64,000 bases of DNA from an uncultured Clostridia bacterium (GTDB lineage: Bacteria > Bacillota > Clostridia > Lachnospirales > Anaerotignaceae): positions 1,154-65,153 of the forward strand of contig CALCGT010000059.1 of NCBI GenBank assembly GCA_937901125.1. Direction: 5' to 3'. The notes below the pieces were generated by a model, which saw only the letters and a list, made by a program, of their open reading frames with translations, was not told the origin of the DNA and did not search any database. Positions within the stretch are counted from its first letter, which is position 1; every line of letters begins with the position of its first letter. A program made the translations under genes and the position numbers. Of the stretch, positions 59,801 through 64,000 are shown in pieces.

Positions 59801-60133
59801 ATGAACGCATTGGAAGCTGCAAAGGTTGCCCAAGCAGCCTTGGAAGATAAGCTGGGAGAAGATATCAAGGCGCTGGATCTGAGAGGTCTGTCTAATATTG
59901 CGGACTGCTTTGTGATCGCCAGCGGGAAAAATGTGAACCAACTGAGAGCTATGGCAGATGAAGTGGAACAGAAGCTGTTCAAGGAAGGCGTGAAGCTGCA
60001 CCACAGCGAAGGCTACAGCGGTGGTACATGGATTTTGCTGGATTTTGGCAATCTGCTGGTGCATTTGTTCAATAGAGAAGAAAGAGACTTCTATGGTCTG
60101 GATCATGTTTGGGGTGACGCAAAAAGCCTGTAA
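59801..60133 (+). CDS. rsfS: ribosome silencing factor
   Basis: 110 aa. DIKALDLRGLSNIADCFVIASGKNVNQLRAMADEV...WILLDFGNLLVHLF is the RsfS/iojap pattern. Confidence 0.9.
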   Translation: MNALEAAKVAQAALEDKLGEDIKALDLRGLSNIADCFVIASGKNVNQLRAMADEVEQKLFKEGVKLHHSEGYSGGTWILLDFGNLLVHLFNREERDFYGLDHVWGDAKSL

Positions 60134-60185
60134 TAAGTAGTTATTATAACAAAAATAGCAAAATCGAATAGTTGGAATTCGACAG

Positions 60186-60214
60186 AAAAAGCCCTCGATT
60201 GAGGGCTTTTTTTG
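60186..60214 (+). terminator. terminator after rsfS
   Basis: AAAAAGCCCTC GATT GAGGGCTTTTTTT. Confidence 0.8.
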
Positions 60215-60413
60215 TGAAAAATGACGTTTTTTTGATTTGGATTTGTAAAAATTTTTTGCCTTGAAACCATTCATCTGCTGAATTTGACAAGATTTTTTTG
60301 GGGACACAAAAAATACTTGAACATGAGGAAATTTTGCAGTACAGTTAATTTGTTAGGACAAGAAAATCCTCTTAAAATCGTGTTTTTTGAAATAAGAAAG
60401 GACGGAAACAATA

Positions 60414-61094
60414 ATGGAAAAGATTTATCAGGGCAAGACAAAAGACGTTTACAAACTGGAAAATGGCAACGTGCTGCTGAAATTCAAAGACGACTGCACA
60501 GGCAAAGACGGCGTATTCGATCCCGGTGAAAACTCTGTTGGTCTGACAATCGAAGGTATCGGTAAAGCGAACCTGGAAACATCCATCAAATTCTTTGAAG
60601 TGCTGAAAGAAGCTGGTATCAAGACACATTATGTTTCCGCTGATTTGGATAACGCTACAATGGAAGTTCTGCCTGCAACAGTATTTGGCAAAGGTCTGGA
60701 AGTTATCTGCAGACTGAAAGCAACAGGCAGCTTCATCCGTCGTTACGGTGATTATATTGAAGACGGTACACCCATCGAAGGCGGCTATGTTGAAACAACA
60801 TTCAAAAACGACGCACTGGGCGATCCTCTGGTAACAAAAGACGGTCTGGTTGTACTGGGTATCATGACTGGCGAAATGTACGACAGCATGAAAGAACAGA
60901 CGCTGAAGATCACAAAGATTGTTGCTGCTGAACTGGCAAAGCTGGGTCTGGATCTGTATGATATCAAATTCGAATTCGGTTACAACAACGATGAAGTTAT
61001 CCTGATCGATGAAATCGCTTCCGGTAACATGCGTGTATACAAAGACGGCAAATATGTTGATCCCGTTACACTGACAAAGATCATTAACGGCTGA
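60414..61094 (+). CDS. purC: phosphoribosylaminoimidazole-succinocarboxamide synthase
   Basis: The start [27 protein letters not shown] is typical of SAICAR synthetase. 226 aa. Confidence 0.9.
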   Translation: MEKIYQGKTKDVYKLENGNVLLKFKDDCTGKDGVFDPGENSVGLTIEGIGKANLETSIKFFEVLKEAGIKTHYVSADLDNATMEVLPATVFGKGLEVICRLKATGSFIRRYGDYIEDGTPIEGGYVETTFKNDALGDPLVTKDGLVVLGIMTGEMYDSMKEQTLKITKIVAAELAKLGLDLYDIKFEFGYNNDEVILIDEIASGNMRVYKDGKYVDPVTLTKIING

Positions 61095-61113
61095 TTCAAA
61101 TAAGCAAAAGTAA

Positions 61114-61146
61114 GGCGGTGCACACGGAAGCACCGTTTTTCTTTTG
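61114..61146 (+). terminator. terminator after purC
   Basis: CGGTGC ACACGGAA GCACCG, then TTTTTCTTTT. Confidence 0.7.
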
Positions 61147-61174
61147 GAAAAAGAAAACCCTCTTTAATGTAGTG

Positions 61175-61250
61175 GCGGCTTAAGAAAACATACTTGGATT
61201 TTACTGATTTCTTAAGCCGCACTGGGAGGATGTCCCGCCTTAAGAAAACA
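61175..61250. repeat. 13-bp perfect inverted repeat plus a third direct copy of CTTAAGAAAACA motif
   Basis: GCGGCTTAAGAAA (61175-61187) pairs with TTTCTTAAGCCGC (61208-61220). CGCCTTAAGAAAACA (61236-61250) repeats CGGCTTAAGAAAACA (61176-61190). Confidence 0.6.
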
Positions 61251-61263
61251 TTTTGCAAAAATG

Positions 61264-61310
61264 AAAAACCGAAAGAAATCTTGAGGATAAAGATTTCTTT
61301 CGGTTTTTTG
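61264..61310. terminator. bidirectional terminator
   Basis: AAAAACCGAAAGAAATC pairs with GATTTCTTTCGGTTTTTT. Confidence 0.8.
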
Positions 61311-61347
61311 TTTTCTTATAGGGACTCCTCTTACGGAGAGGGTATTT

Positions 61348-61644
61348 TTATTGCTTTTTATATTTTCCGTCAATCTTAGATAAGAAATACACGCAAACCA
61401 GAAGCACCAGCAAAAAGCCATAGAGCAGAGGGCGGCTGCCGGGAAAAAGCACATCCAAAATGGCCTTTGCCACAAAAACGGCACCGACGATCAGGTGCAT
61501 CCTGCCGATCTCTTTCAAATAGGCGGGCAGATTTGCTTCATCGATATTTTCCAGACTGCGCTTGGTATAAAAGGTCGTATGACCATAGAGGGCAAAAACG
61601 CCTCTGGCAAAGAAATAAATACCTGCGAGAAAAAGCAGACTCAT
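61348..61644 (-). CDS. small membrane protein of unknown function
   Basis: ATG at 61644 follows AAGGAGGA on the minus strand. 98 aa with three hydrophobic helices. Confidence 0.6.
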   Translation of the reverse strand: MSLLFLAGIYFFARGVFALYGHTTFYTKRSLENIDEANLPAYLKEIGRMHLIVGAVFVAKAILDVLFPGSRPLLYGFLLVLLVCVYFLSKIDGKYKKQ

Positions 61645-61728
61645 GACGTTCTTTCCTCCTTGCGGGCGGGGCAAAATCTTGCAACAGAGCCCGTTTCATG
61701 GTAAACTAAAAAAGATATACGGCAGGGA

Positions 61729-62184
61729 TCAATAGGAGCGTTTGTTGGCTCTTTTGTTCAGGCTGGTCTGACGGTCGTTGGCCTGTTTCATCCATTCCTT
61801 CATCTTTTCTTCAAAATCGGAAGAAGCATTGACAGAGGACTGGGGACGGAAATATTCTTGAGCGGGGTTGGATGTTGTTTCTGTATGCTGTCTGCGGGGC
61901 TGCTTTTGGAAGGGCTTGTCGCTCTTGGGGCGGCGTTCTTCTTTCGGCAGGGCATCTCTGATGGAAAGGGCGATCTTATGGTTTTCTTCATCGATGGAAA
62001 GGACTTTTACTTTTACCATATCGCCAACTTTCACATGGTCGTTGATATCCTGAACGAAGCTGTTGGCTATCTGAGAGATATGCACCAGACCCTGTACATT
62101 GCTGAGGGAAACGATGGCACCAAAGGGTTTGACACGGACAACTTTACCTTCTACGATACTGCCTACTTCTAATTTTTCAGACAT
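61729..62184 (-). CDS. S1 RNA-binding domain protein (general stress protein 13 / YugI-like)
   Basis: GSIVEGKVVRVKPFGAIVSL...GLVHISQIANSFVQDINDHVKVGDMVKVKVLSID is an S1 motif. ATG 62184 is preferred over the in-frame GTG 62196, which overlaps the AGGAG RBS. Confidence 0.85.
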   Translation of the reverse strand: MSEKLEVGSIVEGKVVRVKPFGAIVSLSNVQGLVHISQIANSFVQDINDHVKVGDMVKVKVLSIDEENHKIALSIRDALPKEERRPKSDKPFQKQPRRQHTETTSNPAQEYFRPQSSVNASSDFEEKMKEWMKQANDRQTSLNKRANKRSY

Positions 62185-62327
62185 TCCTGTATACACTCCT
62201 GTTCAATTCGTTATGGTTTAAAAATTTGGCAAAATCAGCATATGCGTCAATTTTGCGTTCACTGATTCAGTATATCATAGAACGGAATGGAATACAAACA
62301 AAATTCAGATACATTTTGGAGGCAATT

Positions 62328-63695
62328 ATGAAGAAAAAAGACGAAATCATTCTGGAAATTCAGGATGTAAATTTTCCCAATAAAGCCTATGGCTACTGCG
62401 AAGGGGAAAAGGTCATTGTAAAGAATACGGTACCCGGCCAGAAGGTGAAGGCGCAGGTATTCAAGAAAAAATCCAGTGGCGTCGAAGCTCGTCTGCTGGA
62501 AGTCATGGAACATTCCCCCCTGGAGCGGACAGAAGGAATGTGCTCCCATTATGAGCTTTGCGGCGGCTGCACCTACCAGACCCTGCGCCATGAAGAGGAA
62601 CTGAAGCTGAAGGAACGCCAGGTGAAGCGTCTTTTGGAAAATGCCAATATCAATATCGGCAGTTGGGAAGGCATTGTGCCTGCTCCTTCCGAAACAGGCT
62701 ATCGCAATAAATGCGAATTTTCTTTTGGGGATGAAGAAAAAGATGGTGCGCTGGCTTTGGGCATGCGAAAACGCATGAGCTACTACGAAGTGGTAACGCT
62801 GAAAGACTGCAATATCATCGACAAAGACTATTTGAGGATCGTGGAAGGCACATTGGTATTCTTTCAGGAAAGAAAGGTACCTTTCTATCATAAAGCTCGC
62901 CATGATGGCTGCCTGCGTCATTTGGTAGTCAGAAAAGGCGCGGTAACTGGCGAGATTTTGGTGAATCTGGTGACTTCCTCCGAAGTCCCTTTCGTTGTGG
63001 AAGAATTCAAAGATATGCTGCTGGCGCTGCCATTGGAAGGCAAGATCGGCGGTATCCTCCATTCCGTAAATGATGGTTTGGCAGATGTGGTAAAAAGCGA
63101 TGAAATGCACCTGCTTTACGGCAGAGATTATTTCATGGAAAAACTTTTTGACCTGGAATTTAAGGTTTCCGTATATTCCTTCTTCCAGACCAATTCTGCC
63201 GGTGCGGAAAAGCTCTATTCCATCGTTAAGGATTTTGCCGGGGATGTAGCAAATAAGATGGTCTTTGATCTTTACTGTGGCACAGGCACCATCGGTCAGA
63301 TTATGGCAGAGGCCGGCTCCAAAAAGGTAGTGGGCATCGAGCTGATTGAAGAAGCAGTTGTGGCTGCCAATGAAAATGCAAAGCGCAATCACCTAGAAAA
63401 CTGTACTTTTATCGCAGGGGACGTTTTGCAGAAGGTGGATGAACTGGAGGATAAACCTGATTTGATTATCGTAGATCCTCCCAGAGATGGGATCCATCCC
63501 AAGGCCATCGGCAAAATCATCGGCTTTGGTGCCCCTGAGATCGTTTATGTTTCCTGCAAGCCCACTTCTCTGGCAAGAGATCTGGAAATTTTCCAGCAGG
63601 AAGGCTATAAAGTAGAAAAAGTGAAGCTGATGGATATGTTCCCCAGAACGGTACATGTGGAAGTCGTGTGTTGTCTACATCGGGTGAATTCGTAG
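62328..63695 (+). CDS. rumA: 23S rRNA (uracil-5-)-methyltransferase, RumA/TrmA family
   Basis: ATG 62328 follows TGGAGG. TRAM-like N-domain, Fe-S cysteines CSHYELCGGC, SAM motif DLYCGTGTIG, and catalytic YVSCKP. Confidence 0.88.
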   Translation: MKKKDEIILEIQDVNFPNKAYGYCEGEKVIVKNTVPGQKVKAQVFKKKSSGVEARLLEVMEHSPLERTEGMCSHYELCGGCTYQTLRHEEELKLKERQVKRLLENANINIGSWEGIVPAPSETGYRNKCEFSFGDEEKDGALALGMRKRMSYYEVVTLKDCNIIDKDYLRIVEGTLVFFQERKVPFYHKARHDGCLRHLVVRKGAVTGEILVNLVTSSEVPFVVEEFKDMLLALPLEGKIGGILHSVNDGLADVVKSDEMHLLYGRDYFMEKLFDLEFKVSVYSFFQTNSAGAEKLYSIVKDFAGDVANKMVFDLYCGTGTIGQIMAEAGSKKVVGIELIEEAVVAANENAKRNHLENCTFIAGDVLQKVDELEDKPDLIIVDPPRDGIHPKAIGKIIGFGAPEIVYVSCKPTSLARDLEIFQQEGYKVEKVKLMDMFPRTVHVEVVCCLHRVNS

Positions 63696-63945
63696 AAGTG
63701 CTGAATTTTAGGCACTTTGCGAGGTATATGAGTTTCACACCCACAGGCAAACAAGGCAAGAAAAAGCAGATTATGAACGGCATTGAAGTGTCGGTAGTAT
63801 TGCATCTGGTATGAGGAAACACATTCGGATGAAAGTAACATTTTTTATTCAATAGCATAGAAAAGAACCGAAAGGACGCTTATTTTCAGAGTTTCTGAAA
63901 GATGAGAGTCCTTTTTTTTATCCAGAATGAAAGGAGCAGATGAAA

Positions 63946-64000
63946 ATGGCAAGGAAAAAAGAAATGTGTTCATTAAAGAGCAACGAGCTGGGTGCAGGTA
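63946..64000 (+). CDS. 5-prime end of an unidentified ORF running off the window
   Basis: AAAGGAGCAG RBS before ATG 63946. Only MARKKEMCSLKSNELGAG is visible. Confidence 0.3.
   Translation, partial: MARKKEMCSLKSNELGAG

Noticed and set aside
60134-60413. Purine riboswitch upstream of purC.
   Set aside because: The conserved guanine/adenine riboswitch core (the TATAAT..GGG..ATATGGCCC..GTTTCTACC pattern) is not present. Only the rsfS terminator and weak promoter-like hexamers (TTGAAC-17-TACAGT, 60317-60345) were seen.

Overview
This is a chromosomal window from a roughly 50% GC Firmicute of the class Clostridia. Gene content and protein sequences look like a gut Lachnospiraceae or Oscillospiraceae anaerobe; that taxon call is an inference. 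Most of the window is housekeeping: cls, secG, rnr, smpB plus ssrA (tmRNA), nifJ/PFOR, a metY-metA pair behind a T-box leader, dnaE, an orphan mtrB (TRAP), pfkA-pyk, the yhbY/nadD-yqeK/rsfS operon, purC and rumA. Accessory operons include a polyol/xylulose ABC-uptake plus dehydrogenase plus xylulokinase operon, a MacAB-type efflux pump, and a DUF819 transporter with two tandem M19 dipeptidases and an XRE-cupin regulator. The most interesting locus is at about 3.0-16.8 kb. It is a compact, fully intact, translationally coupled PBSX-like cluster encoding a regulator, TerS, TerL, portal, scaffold, capsid, connectors, sheath, tube, chaperones and baseplate. It has no integrase, repressor, replication, lysis or tail-fibre genes. 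It sits between strong terminators and housekeeping genes. It has a duplicated tail chaperone, a displaced XkdP/XkdQ pair and only a 215-aa protein in the tape-measure slot. I read it as a candidate gene-transfer-agent-like or domesticated phage particle. Other notable items: an AT-rich two-gene cassette flanked by duplicated copies of the nifJ terminator, whose first gene carries an in-frame TGA in its signal peptide; a MATE transporter interrupted by one in-frame TAG; a lipoprotein barnase/barstar pair; a catalytically degenerate MPN-LysM membrane protein; and a possible integration scar at the rumA 3-prime end. No rRNA, tRNA, CRISPR array or transposase was seen.
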